This document shows positions 1 to 10,607 of a stretch of DNA of 64,000 bases, in pieces. Both the position numbers and the translations under genes were made by a program. Numbering within the stretch: the stretch's first letter is position 1; every line of letters starts with the position of its first letter. Source of the DNA: an uncultured Phycisphaerales bacterium. GTDB lineage: Bacteria > Planctomycetota > Phycisphaerae > Tepidisphaerales > Tepidisphaeraceae. The notes beneath the pieces are model-generated. The model had not been told where the DNA came from and did no database searches. It saw only the letters and a list, made by a program, of their open reading frames with translations. The stretch is from contig CAVWLP010000002.1 of the NCBI GenBank assembly GCA_963755915.1, positions 4,128,001-4,192,000 on the forward strand, read 5' to 3'.

Positions 1-376
1 TCCCCAGTACATGCGCAATTACCACCGCGTCGATTTCTGCCTCGACACCCACCCCTATCCCGGCCACACCACCACCTGCGACGCTCTCTGGATGGGCGTC
101 CCGACGGTCACCCTCCGCGGCCAAACCGCCGTCGCCCGCGGCGGAGCAAGTATTCTCACGAACGTCGGTCTGACTGAATGGATCGCGAGTTCGCCTCGTC
201 AATACGTTGAGATTGCCACCGCCATGGCCGCCGACCCCAACCGCCTCGCGCGCCTGCGCTCCGAATTGCGCCATCGGCTCCGCAATTCTCCGCTGATGAA
301 CTGGAAACAATTCGCCGCCGATCTCGAGTCGGCCTATCGCCAAATGTGGCAAACCTGGATCGCCCATGCCCATTGA
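1..376 (+). CDS. O-GlcNAc transferase (SPINDLY/GT41 family) protein, C-terminal part; gene starts before the window
   Basis: LDTHPYPGHTTTCDALWMGVPTVTL motif typical of the GT41 C-terminal domain. Confidence 0.85.
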   Translation, partial: PQYMRNYHRVDFCLDTHPYPGHTTTCDALWMGVPTVTLRGQTAVARGGASILTNVGLTEWIASSPRQYVEIATAMAADPNRLARLRSELRHRLRNSPLMNWKQFAADLESAYRQMWQTWIAHAH

Positions 377-1256
377 CCTGGAAATCGACCGCTACTGTAT
401 CGGCTGCGGCTACAACATCCGCGGCCTCACCAGCGATCGCTGCCCGGAATGCGGTCTCCAAACCGCCGCCGGAGAAGGATCGGCCATCCCCTGGGAGGGG
501 CGGAAAGACCTTGGCCTGCGACGGGCCTTCGAGCGCACGGCCTGGATAGGCGCGTTTCGAGCAAAGAGATTGGCGGATGCCAGGGCTTTTCCCGTCGATG
601 CCAAATCCGCCTTTCGGTTTCGATTGCTCGTCGCCACTCTGGCGGCGCTTCCCCCTGCGATTTTGCTCTGGATCGCAATCGCAGTTCAGGGAGGAACGGG
701 GTTTCTAAGCGTCTGGACGGTAGGGCAGCCAGGCAGGCCTCTCCCGCTCGCGCTCTACGCTGGGGCCTGGGAAGCTCCGGTCCTCTGGTCGGCAGGAGCA
801 ACCCGGCTCGTGGTCTTGCCGATCGGATTGTTTTTGACCATCTATCTGATAACAGCAGCCCCGCGGCTCTGGTTTGGGTCGGGAAATGATGCCTCCCTGC
901 GGAAGCGCGCCGCCGATTTGAGTGCATATCTATTCTCCCCGCTGATCGCCCTGATCATTCCGACCCTGGCCGCGGCCCTGGCTTGGCAGACAAACGATCC
1001 GACTTCTTCCAGATATTGGCCGATTCAGTCCACGGCGATTCTCGTCGTCTGGGTGGGCACTTGGCTGATCGTCTTGCTTTGCCTCGTAAATTCCGCGCGA
1101 TTCGTGGCGGCCGTATGCCACTGCGGATCGGCTGGCGCGATTTGGCGAGGCGCCGGAATAGCGCTCGTGTGGTTACTGGCCGTGGCAATCGGGCTGGGAT
1201 TATTTCCGATGCTCGCGGGGTTGATCTGGTTGATGTTCGACAGTCTGCGCTGGTGA
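366..1256 (+). CDS. Multi-pass membrane protein with N-terminal zinc-ribbon
   Basis: CxxCGYxxRGL...RCPECG followed by several hydrophobic helices. Confidence 0.7.
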   Translation: MPIDLEIDRYCIGCGYNIRGLTSDRCPECGLQTAAGEGSAIPWEGRKDLGLRRAFERTAWIGAFRAKRLADARAFPVDAKSAFRFRLLVATLAALPPAILLWIAIAVQGGTGFLSVWTVGQPGRPLPLALYAGAWEAPVLWSAGATRLVVLPIGLFLTIYLITAAPRLWFGSGNDASLRKRAADLSAYLFSPLIALIIPTLAAALAWQTNDPTSSRYWPIQSTAILVVWVGTWLIVLLCLVNSARFVAAVCHCGSAGAIWRGAGIALVWLLAVAIGLGLFPMLAGLIWLMFDSLRW

Positions 1257-2642
1257 GGGCGCGGGCCGGAGCCACCAGTCGGAAATATCTCTCCACTGCC
1301 GAGTGCTCCTGGGGCGCACGGGTTGCCAGCCGAAGCATGGAGTTGCCGGCGCGGTATCGCTAGTTGCGAAGCCGCTGGTTTCGGAGAATAAGAGCGGACG
1401 CTCGACCCCGCCGGGCAATGTAAGCAGCAGATAGCCCATCGGCCGATGGTTCGGACAAAAAGGATCCTCCGGAACACCGGCGAGATACACGGCTACCAGC
1501 GCCTGCAGATTGGGCGGCCAATGGCCATGGTCAAGTCGATAGAGATTGGCAGCGAGGGCAACGGCCGCAACCCGTCGTTCGTAGCTGATCTTGTATTCGA
1601 TCTCCAGATAGCGCGGCGTTGCCCCCATGAATATGCCTGGAAATCGTGAAAACCGCACCGGGTTGGGATCGGCCCCGGTCGAATTGGATTGCACCAGGGC
1701 AATTGAGGAAATCATCGCCTGGGCGTCATAAAAATTAGGATTCTCCGCCGCGCGAAGCACAACGGTGTAATCGTTCAGGTAATGGACCGTCGCCAATTCC
1801 GCCATGGGGCGCAATACGGTGCTCCGAGCGTAAAGATTTCTGGCACTATCCAAAGTGGCCACCCGCTCGGCGAGGAGCGTTTCGTGAGTCCTTTGAATTT
1901 CCTGCGAATCGTCGAGCAGCCGGCGTATCAGGTTCATCACGTCCGCCCGGTTGACGCCAACGCTTGCCCTCGCCTGGCCTTTCAAGTGCAAATCAATCGC
2001 CATTACGTCGATCCGATCGAAGGCCAAGGCTTCGATTCCAATGTCCACCAGGCGGCCGATGAGTAACCCCCGCTTTTGAACGCAGTCCGCCAGATGCAAA
2101 AGGTCGAAAATCCTCTCATAGGCTTCCGCGTCATCGTTGTGAAAATGCGCCGCTAGCGCGCCATCCGCCAGAAGATTCGCCAGGTTGCGGGCCGGGCTCA
2201 AATAGTTCAGTTGAAACCCCGCGTTCCCCCAATCCGTCCGATCGAAGGCCCGCGCCTGTCGCGCAAGCGCCAGGGCCGGCCCGTCGGCGGCCACGGCCTG
2301 GTCCGCCATCTGATGCCATATCGTCGGATAGGGGGGATAACCCGCATAAGAGAGATTGGAAGCCGAGGGGCAAACCGCCGTGCCTGAAATCAGCGGGAAC
2401 GCCAGCTTGTAATAATGCGCGGCGTTCTCCGCATCCGGGGTGGCCGGAACATTTAGATCGCCGGAATAAACCGGCTCATGAGCGGCCGAAATCGAATCAA
2501 GTTCCGCCTCCAGCCGCTGATGGGCAACGTAAGCCCAGAGAATCCAGCAGAGGATCAGCGTCGCGCCGCAAGCCGTGCTCAATTTGAGCCATGTGTTGCG
2601 GGTCGTCGATAACGTAGTGGCGCTGGGAAGCACAGGCGGCAT
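1200..2642 (-). CDS. Membrane-anchored hypothetical protein with a GspG/pseudopilin-like C-terminal motif
   Basis: N-terminal TM helix; ALAANLYRLDHGHWPPNLQALV..YL..VPEDPF motif; start uncertain (2642 or 2699). Confidence 0.6.
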   Translation of the reverse strand: MPPVLPSATTLSTTRNTWLKLSTACGATLILCWILWAYVAHQRLEAELDSISAAHEPVYSGDLNVPATPDAENAAHYYKLAFPLISGTAVCPSASNLSYAGYPPYPTIWHQMADQAVAADGPALALARQARAFDRTDWGNAGFQLNYLSPARNLANLLADGALAAHFHNDDAEAYERIFDLLHLADCVQKRGLLIGRLVDIGIEALAFDRIDVMAIDLHLKGQARASVGVNRADVMNLIRRLLDDSQEIQRTHETLLAERVATLDSARNLYARSTVLRPMAELATVHYLNDYTVVLRAAENPNFYDAQAMISSIALVQSNSTGADPNPVRFSRFPGIFMGATPRYLEIEYKISYERRVAAVALAANLYRLDHGHWPPNLQALVAVYLAGVPEDPFCPNHRPMGYLLLTLPGGVERPLLFSETSGFATSDTAPATPCFGWQPVRPRSTRQWRDISDWWLRPAPSPAQTVEHQPDQPREHRK

Positions 2643-2761
2643 GTATCTTAATGACGGATTCGACCTTGACGACTTCTGCCCTGACCCCGGTAAAGACAAA
2701 CCTCCTTCTCTTTCCTAAGATTACCCGCCGTTGTAAATAAAGCTGACTGGAGAATTTCGAG

Positions 2762-4585
2762 ATGCCCGCTGAAATCACCATGCCGCAGTTGTCCGACACC
2801 ATGACCGAGGGAACCGTTGTCAAATGGCACAAAAAGGTCGGCGACAGCGTCAAAAGCGGCGAAGAGATCGCCGATGTCGAGACCGACAAGGCCACCATGC
2901 CCATGGAATCGTTTGACGCCGGCACCCTCGCCGTGATCCTCGTCGCCGAGGGGCAGAAGGTGAAGGTCGGCCAGCCGATCGGCGTGGTGGCGATCGGGTC
3001 GGAGAATATCGACGATGTAAAGAAGAAATATGCCGCCGGCACCGCCAAAGCCCGAAACGGCCCAAAAAGCTCCGTCGGCACCCCCACGTCGTCACCAGCA
3101 TCGTCGCCCGCTCCCGCATCCTCCAAGCCTGCCCCCGCAAAATCCACTCCGCCAAAACCCGCGAATTATCAATACGACATCGTAGTCATCGGCGGCGGCC
3201 CCGCCGGCTACGCCGCCGCCATCCGCGCCGCCCAGCTCAAGCAGCGCGTCCTCTGCATCGAAAAAGAATCCCTCGGCGGCACCTGCCTCAACTGGGGCTG
3301 CATTCCCACCAAAGCCCTGCTCGACGACGGCGCATTCATCCGCAAGCTTCGCGTCCACGCCGCCGAACATGGCGTGACGTACAAAGATCTGACCATCGAT
3401 TTCAACAAGCTCGTCAGCCGCAGCCGCGGCATCGCCGACAAGCTGAGCAAAGGCATCGAGCATCTCTTCCGCAAATACGAAGTGAAGCGCGAATCCGGCG
3501 TCGGCCAGATTCTCGCCCAGCATCGCGTCAAAATCACCTCCCCGCAGGGAACGAAGGAAATCACCGCCCGGGAAATCATCATCGCCACCGGTTCCCGCGC
3601 GACTCCACTGCCTGGCCTCGCCTTTGACGGCAAAAAAGTCATCACCTCCCGCGAAGCCATGACGCTCCCGACTCAACCAAAGAAAATCGCCATCATCGGC
3701 GCCGGCGCCATCGGCTGCGAATTCGCCGATTTCTTCAACGCCGTCGGCACCGAAGTCGTCATCGTCGAGATGCTCGACCACCTCCTTCCCAACGAGGATG
3801 AAGACGTCTCCATCCTCCTCGAGCGCGTCATGGCCAAGCGCGAAATCGACGTCCGCGTGAAGACCAAAACCGACAAAGTTGAACTCACCCCGACAGGCGT
3901 CAAGCTGACCCTCTCCGGCGCCAAACCCGGCGTCGTCGAAGCGGATGTGGTGCTCGTCGCCATCGGCGTGCGCGGAAACACCGAGGGCCTTCTCGCCCCC
4001 GGCGTCAATCTCGACCTGCTCAAAGGCCGCGTTCGCGTGAATACGCAATATCAGACCAACCTCGAGCACATCTGGGCCGTCGGCGACGTCCTCACCGTCA
4101 GCAACAGCGAACAACCCGAAGGCGAGCGCCACCCCGATCTCGCCCACGTCGCCCATCACGAAGCCATCATGTGCGTCGAGCGCATCGTCGGCTTTTCCGA
4201 GCATGAGGTCGATTACAAGTCGATCCCCGCCTGCACCTACACCCATCCCCAGGTGGCAAGCATGGGACTCACCGAGAAAAAAGCCCGCGCCCTTCACCGC
4301 AAACTTAAAATCGGCAAATTCCCCTTCACCGCCAGCGGCCGCGCCCTTGCCGCCGGTGAACCGGATGGCTTCGTAAAGCTCATCTTCGACGAAACCGACG
4401 GCGAACTCCTCGGCGTCCACATGATCGGCGAAACCGTCACCGAAATGCTTGCCGAGCTCGTCATGGCCAAGAAACTCGAAGCCACCGAGGCTGAGATTAT
4501 CGAAGCCATGCACCCGCATCCCACGTTCAGCGAAGCCGTCATGGAAGCGGCAGGCGTGGCCGACAACCGGGCGATCCATTGGTAA
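2762..4585 (+). CDS. lpdA: Dihydrolipoyl dehydrogenase with N-terminal lipoyl domain
   Basis: ETDKA lipoyl motif, Pro/Ala/Ser linker, GGGPAG, GGTCLNWGCIP, HPHPTFSE. Confidence 0.95.
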   Translation: MPAEITMPQLSDTMTEGTVVKWHKKVGDSVKSGEEIADVETDKATMPMESFDAGTLAVILVAEGQKVKVGQPIGVVAIGSENIDDVKKKYAAGTAKARNGPKSSVGTPTSSPASSPAPASSKPAPAKSTPPKPANYQYDIVVIGGGPAGYAAAIRAAQLKQRVLCIEKESLGGTCLNWGCIPTKALLDDGAFIRKLRVHAAEHGVTYKDLTIDFNKLVSRSRGIADKLSKGIEHLFRKYEVKRESGVGQILAQHRVKITSPQGTKEITAREIIIATGSRATPLPGLAFDGKKVITSREAMTLPTQPKKIAIIGAGAIGCEFADFFNAVGTEVVIVEMLDHLLPNEDEDVSILLERVMAKREIDVRVKTKTDKVELTPTGVKLTLSGAKPGVVEADVVLVAIGVRGNTEGLLAPGVNLDLLKGRVRVNTQYQTNLEHIWAVGDVLTVSNSEQPEGERHPDLAHVAHHEAIMCVERIVGFSEHEVDYKSIPACTYTHPQVASMGLTEKKARALHRKLKIGKFPFTASGRALAAGEPDGFVKLIFDETDGELLGVHMIGETVTEMLAELVMAKKLEATEAEIIEAMHPHPTFSEAVMEAAGVADNRAIHW

Positions 4586-4602
4586 TTTTGTTGGGAGAAC
4601 CC

Positions 4603-4878
4603 ATGCGAAAAGCTTTTGCCATCTTCATCCTCGCCGTCGCCGCGGCGTGCGCGTCCAATCAGCAGTCGGACCAGAAGACTTTAACCGGCGACGGGAAAAT
4701 CCCCTCCGACGTGCAGGCGGCATTTTTCTCCGAGCATCCCTACGCCAAAATCGACGACGCCAGCCAGCAAAGCAGCCAGCAGGATGGCACCCTCTATACC
4801 GTTGATTACACCCGCACGGACGGCAGCAAAGGCGTCGCTGTCTTTACCTCCATGGGCGTTCTTCGCAGTGATAATTAA
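4603..4878 (+). CDS. Small lipoprotein (PepSY/BLIP-like)
   Basis: MRKAFAIFILAVAAAC lipobox-like signal, GGAGA RBS; IPSDVQAAFFSEHPYAKI. Confidence 0.6.
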   Translation: MRKAFAIFILAVAAACASNQQSDQKTLTGDGKIPSDVQAAFFSEHPYAKIDDASQQSSQQDGTLYTVDYTRTDGSKGVAVFTSMGVLRSDN

Positions 4879-4887
4879 GGAGTATTC

Positions 4888-5541
4888 GTGAATCGCAAAG
4901 CACTAATCGTCTGGGGTGGTTGGGACGGTCACCAGCCGCGTGAAGTGGCAGAAATATTCCGCGGCTTACTCGCCAAGGAAGATTTCACCGTCGAAGTCTC
5001 CGACACGCTTGACGCCTTCAAAAACACCGACCTGAATTCGCTGGCCCTCATCGTCCCCGTCTGGACGATGGGCAAGATCGCAAACGAACAGGCAAAACCC
5101 GTCCTCGATGCCGTCGAATCCGGCGTCGGCATCGCCGGCTGTCACGGCGGAATGTGCGATTCGTTCCGCGAAAACACCGAATGGCAGTTCATGACCGGCG
5201 GCCAATGGGTCGCCCATCCGGGCAACGACGGCGTCAAATATCGCGTAAAAATCGGCCCCCACAAAAGCCCCATCACCGAAGGCATAACCGATTTCGACGT
5301 CGCCAGCGAGCAGTATTACATGCACGTCGATCCGGCCGTGAAGGTGTTGGCCACAACCCGCTTCCCCACCGCCCCCGGCCCCCACGAGGGCAACGGACCC
5401 GTCGATATGCCCGTCGTCTGGACCAAAGTCTTCGGCAAAGGCAGGGTCTTCTACAATTCTTTAGGACACCAGGCAAACATCGTAAACATGCCCCCGGTCC
5501 TGGAACTCATGCGGCGCGGGTTCCTATGGGCCGCAAAATAA
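4888..5541 (+). CDS. ThuA domain-containing protein
   Basis: ALIVWGGWDGHQP, G.G..GCHGG, SEQYY, GKGRVFYNSLGH; AAGGAG RBS. Confidence 0.9.
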   Translation: MNRKALIVWGGWDGHQPREVAEIFRGLLAKEDFTVEVSDTLDAFKNTDLNSLALIVPVWTMGKIANEQAKPVLDAVESGVGIAGCHGGMCDSFRENTEWQFMTGGQWVAHPGNDGVKYRVKIGPHKSPITEGITDFDVASEQYYMHVDPAVKVLATTRFPTAPGPHEGNGPVDMPVVWTKVFGKGRVFYNSLGHQANIVNMPPVLELMRRGFLWAAK

Positions 5542-5628
5542 ACCGGCCGGCCTGCCTCCGGCATGCCGACCGGCTTGAGCCTGCGAATCCTTTCGCATCC
5601 TTCCGTGATTCGCTACGTCAGACCCACT

Positions 5629-6488
5629 CTAATTTGTCGTCGCGGAATTCACCGCGATCGCTTCCACCAGCTCCTCCAGAAAAACCGCCAGCCCATCATC
5701 GCGGTTATGCCCGATAATTTTGGCCGCACAATTGCGCACTTCTTCGCACCCATTGCCCATCGCGATTCCCAGCCCCGCATTGCGAATCATCATCACATCG
5801 TTGATGTCGTCACCCACGGCAACGATTTCCTGCGGCTTAATATTCCGCAGCCGCGCCACCTGAAGAATCCCCTGCCACTTATTCACCGATGGATCAAACG
5901 CCTCGACAACCAAAATATCACCCGGCGGGCGAAAGCAGTGATCTACGATCCGGGAGCCAAATTTGCTCCGCATTTCCTTATAAATCGGCTCAGCCCGCAG
6001 CCGCGCCGCGACGATGCTCACCCGCAGCGTATGATCGTGCGGGTCTGCCGCCAGTTCGTTCGTTCGTTGAACGCTGGCTCGCGTCGTTTTGCACCACAAC
6101 TTCGTCGCCGGATTCAGCTCGAAATCGTTGGATATCAGATAATCCACACCAGCCGTACTGACATCCTGAAGCGCCAGCGCCGCATGCCCATGCGATTCAA
6201 AAATGCACAGAGCTCGCGCGCAAGCTGCGGGTCCATCAGCGTCCGCTGGATCGTGCTGCGCTTACCCGTATCGACGATCAGCGCCCCGCCCACAAAAATG
6301 GCGGCGTCGTAATAGCCCACGGAATCAATCACGGCCCGACTCTCGGTAAAACTGCGCCCGGTTGCAAAACAAACCACCAGCCCCGCGCTGGCCGCTCGAT
6401 GGATCGCCGCCTTCGTCCTCGGGGTCACCACGCTGCTCGGCGAGAGCAGCGTCCCATCGAGATCGATAGCAATCATTTTGTACTTCAC
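5629..6488 (-). CDS. Cof-type HAD hydrolase (frameshift near 6150-6190)
   Basis: IAIDLDGTLL, ATGR in ORF 6135-6533; NKWQG, VGDDINDVMMI..AGLGIAMGN in ORF 5629-6147. Confidence 0.85.
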
Positions 6489-6625
6489 GCCACCAACTTC
6501 ACCGATTTCCCGCACCCTAACAACTTGCACCAAGGACGCAAGCCAAAATCAAGTTTTCGACGGGTTATCCACAAGGGATGGTAGGGGGGATATGACAAGT
6601 TGGCAATTAGTGGGGGGGTCGTGAC

Positions 6626-6706
6626 AATGCCAAATGCCGAATGCCAAATGCCAAATTGATACGCGGCTCTTTCCCATTCGGCATTTGGCATTCGTCATTC
6701 GGCATT
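6626..6706. repeat. Inverted pair of 7-bp tandem repeat arrays
   Basis: (AATGCCR)x4 at 6626-6653 and (CATTYGK)x4 at 6675-6706, reverse complements of each other. Confidence 0.85.
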
Positions 6707-6756
6707 CCCCCCTCCCCCCTTCCCCTTCCCCCCGCCCGCGCGATACAACCCATCCA

Positions 6757-8124
6757 ATGACCCGTGAACGCCTGGCGTGGCTCATCAGCATTATCCTCCT
6801 CGCCATCCTCGCGTTTCAGCTCCCCGGAACCCTCGCCGAGCGCGACGACGAATATTCCTGGGTCCGGACCATCGTCGAGATCCATCGCCAGGTCGTCGAA
6901 AACTATGTCGACCCCGTCAACGACAACGACCTCAAAGAAGGCGCCATCAAGGGAATGCTCGACGAACTCGGCGACCCCTACACCATCTACGTCCCGCCCA
7001 CCGAGCAGGAGGAATTCGACAAGGAGCTCGGAGGATCCTTCAGCGGCGTCGGTATCTCCCTCCGCGCCGTAAACGGCAAAATGGTCGTCATCTCCCCCAT
7101 CGAAGGCGGCCCCGCCGACCAGGCCGGCATCGACGGCAACGACATCATCGTAAAAGTCGACGGCAAACCCATCGCCGGAATGGAAATCGACGACGTCGTA
7201 AAACTCGTCTCCGGCCCCCTCGGCTCGCCCGTCACCCTCACCATCGACCGTGAAGGCAAGCTGATGGACTTCGTCCTTCACCGCCAGCAGATCGTCGTCC
7301 CCACCGTCCTCGGATACCAGCGCAATGCCCAGCAGAAGTGGAACTATTTCGTCTCCCAGAGCCCCAAAATCGCTTACATCCGCGTCACCCAGTTCGACGA
7401 CGGCACCTTCGACGAAATGAAAGACATCCTCGTCGGTGCCGATGGCAACGCCGGCCTCCTGTCCCAGGGCATGCAGGGCCTCGTCATGGACCTCCGCTTC
7501 AACCCCGGCGGCCAGCTTCAGCAGGCCATCAAAATAATCAACCTCTTCATCAAGGATGGCGTCATCGTCAGCACCCACGGCCGAAACTCCCCCGAAGAAA
7601 TCGACCGCGCCAGCCCCGATGCCCTCACCCTCCCCTATTTCCCAATGATCGTGCTGGTCAACGATCACTCCGCCAGCGCCTCCGAAATCGTTGCCGGAAG
7701 TCTCAAGGACAACCACCGTGCCCTGGTCGTAGGCCAGCGAACCTTCGGCAAAGGATCCGTCCAGCGGGTGATTCAACTCGGCCAGGACGATGGAACCCTC
7801 AAGATGACCGTCGCCCACTGGTATCTCCCCAGCGGCCGACTGGTGAGCCGCACCAAAGATTCCAAGGACTGGGGCGTCGATCCTCAGATCGTCGTAACAA
7901 CTGATGAAGCCGGCGAAGACGCCATCGAGGACTTGATGGACCGCCAGGAGGCGATCCGTTTCCATCCCCTCTCCACAACCATGCCGTCGAAGGAACCGAC
8001 CACCCAGCCCATCGATCCGCAATTCCAGCAGGCGATGACGACCATGACCGGATTGATCATCCTCGAAACGAACAAGCACGCATCAACAACAATGCCCGCA
8101 CCCAACGCTATCCCGGCGCAATAG
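6757..8124 (+). CDS. S41 family C-terminal processing peptidase
   Basis: Signal peptide, PDZ (FSGVGI), DLRFNPGG, SASASEIVAG, TFGKGSVQ. Confidence 0.95.
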   Translation: MTRERLAWLISIILLAILAFQLPGTLAERDDEYSWVRTIVEIHRQVVENYVDPVNDNDLKEGAIKGMLDELGDPYTIYVPPTEQEEFDKELGGSFSGVGISLRAVNGKMVVISPIEGGPADQAGIDGNDIIVKVDGKPIAGMEIDDVVKLVSGPLGSPVTLTIDREGKLMDFVLHRQQIVVPTVLGYQRNAQQKWNYFVSQSPKIAYIRVTQFDDGTFDEMKDILVGADGNAGLLSQGMQGLVMDLRFNPGGQLQQAIKIINLFIKDGVIVSTHGRNSPEEIDRASPDALTLPYFPMIVLVNDHSASASEIVAGSLKDNHRALVVGQRTFGKGSVQRVIQLGQDDGTLKMTVAHWYLPSGRLVSRTKDSKDWGVDPQIVVTTDEAGEDAIEDLMDRQEAIRFHPLSTTMPSKEPTTQPIDPQFQQAMTTMTGLIILETNKHASTTMPAPNAIPAQ

Positions 8125-8132
8125 AATCCCCC

Positions 8133-9163
8133 ATGAAGATTCTGGGAATCGAATCAACCTGCGACGAGACCGGCGCGGCGGTCGTGGAAAACGACGTGCG
8201 CATCCTCAGCGACGTCGTCTCCAGCCAGGTCGCGCTCCACGCAAAATATCGTGGCGTCGTGCCCGAGATTGCCAGCCGCGCCCACATCGAGAACATTTTG
8301 CCGGTGGTAGGGGAGGCGCTGAAAGACGCGCACATTGAATTGAAAGATATCGATGCGGTAGCCGTCGCCCATCGACCGGGCTTGATCGGATCCCTCCTAA
8401 TTGGCGTGACCGCGGCCAAAACCTTGGCTTGGTCCCTGGGCAAACCCCTCATAGGGGTCGACCACGTCCATGCTCATCTATACAGCGTCCGTTTGACCGA
8501 TGGCCAACCAAGCCCAGAACCACCAATGCCCGCCGTCGGCCTGGTTTGCAGCGGCGGCCACACCGCCCTCTACCAGGTCAATGATTTCCTGAACATCGAA
8601 ATGATCGGCACCACCCTCGACGACGCGGTAGGGGAGGCGTATGACAAAGTCGCCGCGATCCTCGGCCTGGGATACCCCGGCGGCCCCGAAATCGACCGCC
8701 TCGCGCCGAAGGCAATCCTACTGCGATACGTTTTCCCCGCAGCCGCCTCAATCGCCAATCCCTCGATTTTTCCTTCAGCGGCATCAAAACCGCCGTCCTC
8801 TATCACGTCCGCGGTTTTCAGGGCCGCCAGCGCGAAACAAATTTGTCTCCCCAGGAGCTGCGCGACATCGCCGCCTCCTTCCAGGCCGCCTGCATCGACG
8901 TCCTCGTCGAAAAAGTAAAACGTGCCGCCAAACGAATCCGCGCCAAAACCGTCATCATCGGCGGCGGAGTCTCCGCAAACACCGGCCTTCGCGCCGCCAT
9001 GGCAAAATTAGCCATTCCCGTATTCTTCCCGCCGATGCAATATTGCACCGACAATGCCGCCATGACCGCCGGCTTGGCGCATTGGGTCCTCCAGTCCGGA
9101 AAACAAAGCGAGCTCGATTTGGACGCCATCACCAGCAGCCAATTTGCCGATGCCGCGAATTAA
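8133..9163 (+). CDS. tsaD: tRNA threonylcarbamoyltransferase TsaD (frameshifted near 8705-8740)
   Basis: LGIESTCDET, GVVPEIASRAH, HVHAH, SGGHT, DDAVGEAYDK; GGVSAN and CTDNAAM in second frame. Confidence 0.93.
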
Positions 9164-9989
9164 CCGACCACCCTCCCTCCCGCCGCGACCCGTCGATGGC
9201 CACAAGGGCCTCTTCGGCCGCGTCCTGATCGTCGGCGGAAGCGACGAAATGATCGGCGCCCCCGTCCTCGCCGGCGAAGCCGCCCTCCGCACCGGCAGCG
9301 GCCTCGTCCAAGTCGCCATGCCGCGCGAAGTCCTCGCCGCGGGCCTGTCGGTCGTTCCGGAACTGGTAGGGATGTCGCTGGACGAAACCAACGCCTCCAC
9401 CCAAAAACTTCTCGAAGCCGCCGAAAAAGCGGATGTTATTGCCGTCGGCCCCGGTTTGGGCCAGTCCCCATCACTCGGCCCGCGCTTGGACGCTCTCTTT
9501 CGAATCAAAAAGCCCATGGTCGTCGACGCCGACGCCCTGAATTATCTCTCTTCTCTCGGCTCCTGGCCAAAATTCTTTGCCGCGCAAGCAGTCCTCACCC
9601 CGCATCCCGGCGAAATGAAACGCCTCGCAAAACTCTTCGGCCAGGACGAAGTCCCCTCAGACGAGAAAGGCCGCATCGAGATCGCTCTCAAGGCCGCGAA
9701 AACTTTTGGCCAGATCATCCTCCTCAAAGGCCACCGCACCATCGTCACCGATGGCAAAAAACTATACATCAACAAAACCGGCGACAGCTCCCTCTCAAAA
9801 GCCGGCGCCGGAGATGTATTAAGCGGAATCCTCGCCTCCCTGATCGGTCAAAAAATGCCGCCCTTCGACGCCGCCTGCGCCGCCGCACACCTGCACGGAA
9901 AAGCCGGCGAGCTCGCCGGCAAACGCCTCGGACGCCGCAGCGTTCTCGCCCGCGACGTCATCGACGCGATTCCAGACGCGATCGCCTGA
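9150..9989 (+). CDS. nnrD: NAD(P)H-hydrate dehydratase
   Basis: HKGLFGRVLIVGGS, GPGLG, VDADAL, LTPHPGE, AGAGDVLSG. Confidence 0.92.
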   Translation: MPRINRPPSLPPRPVDGHKGLFGRVLIVGGSDEMIGAPVLAGEAALRTGSGLVQVAMPREVLAAGLSVVPELVGMSLDETNASTQKLLEAAEKADVIAVGPGLGQSPSLGPRLDALFRIKKPMVVDADALNYLSSLGSWPKFFAAQAVLTPHPGEMKRLAKLFGQDEVPSDEKGRIEIALKAAKTFGQIILLKGHRTIVTDGKKLYINKTGDSSLSKAGAGDVLSGILASLIGQKMPPFDAACAAAHLHGKAGELAGKRLGRRSVLARDVIDAIPDAIA

Positions 9990-10306
9990 AGCAACCTGCA
10001 ACATCACACCCGTATTTCCCCCTCCCCCCGTAGGCCGCACGTATGTGATGATCGGCCGAGCAACCCACAGGCGAATACTCGGCATTTTCCCCCTCTCCTG
10101 GTACCCAGCTTGCCATTACCACATTTATCTGGCAGACCAACCGCCCCCCCGCAAAAAGGGCCAAACAGTGCGCCCTCATCCCGCCGTGTTTCGCCACAAA
10201 TGCCACGAATTGAAAGTATCCACTAGGGAGGTCGGACTAGGCGGGCTGTGAAGGACGGTTGAGGTCGAGCCTGTGCTCGAAACTCCTTAGCGCCCTGCCG
10301 CCGCAG

Positions 10307-10450
10307 GCGGCGACTCCTTGCCCAACACCTCAAGGCCGCCTTGAACGTCACCGGGGCAGCCGTGTGCCATCGCCGCGGAACCGCCTGTTACATTCGAGCC
10401 GCCGCATTTTCTCGGCACCAAAAACGTAACCGATAATAGTCTTTCTCTTC
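10307..10450. repeat. Dispersed ~140-bp intergenic repeat, copy A
   Basis: Aligns by eye to 53868-54012 (shared ACACCTCAAGGCCGC, GAACGTCACC, TCGCCGCGGAACCG, TTTTCTCG, CGTAACCGA). Confidence 0.85.
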
Positions 10451-10607
10451 TATTCGCCTGAAATTACCCGGCTTCCCCACAAAAATGTGAGTAATGACAA
10501 GTGGTACTCCGGGGGAGGGTTGGGATGGGGGGTTCTGCGGATGCATCCTTGCACAAGTCCCAAGCACCTCCACCAGCCAAAAAACAAAATCCGGTTACAA
10601 TCCCCCC

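Noticed and set aside
3092-8079. Long reverse-strand ORFs opposite lpdA and the S41 peptidase (similar ones at 38197-39600, 42388-43584, 49426-50871)
   Set aside because: Typical stop-poor antisense frames of high-GC genes.
10255-10283. Hammerhead-like motif (...TGAGGTCGAGC-CTGT-GCTCGAAAC)
   Set aside because: The required CUGANGA core is not present next to stem II.
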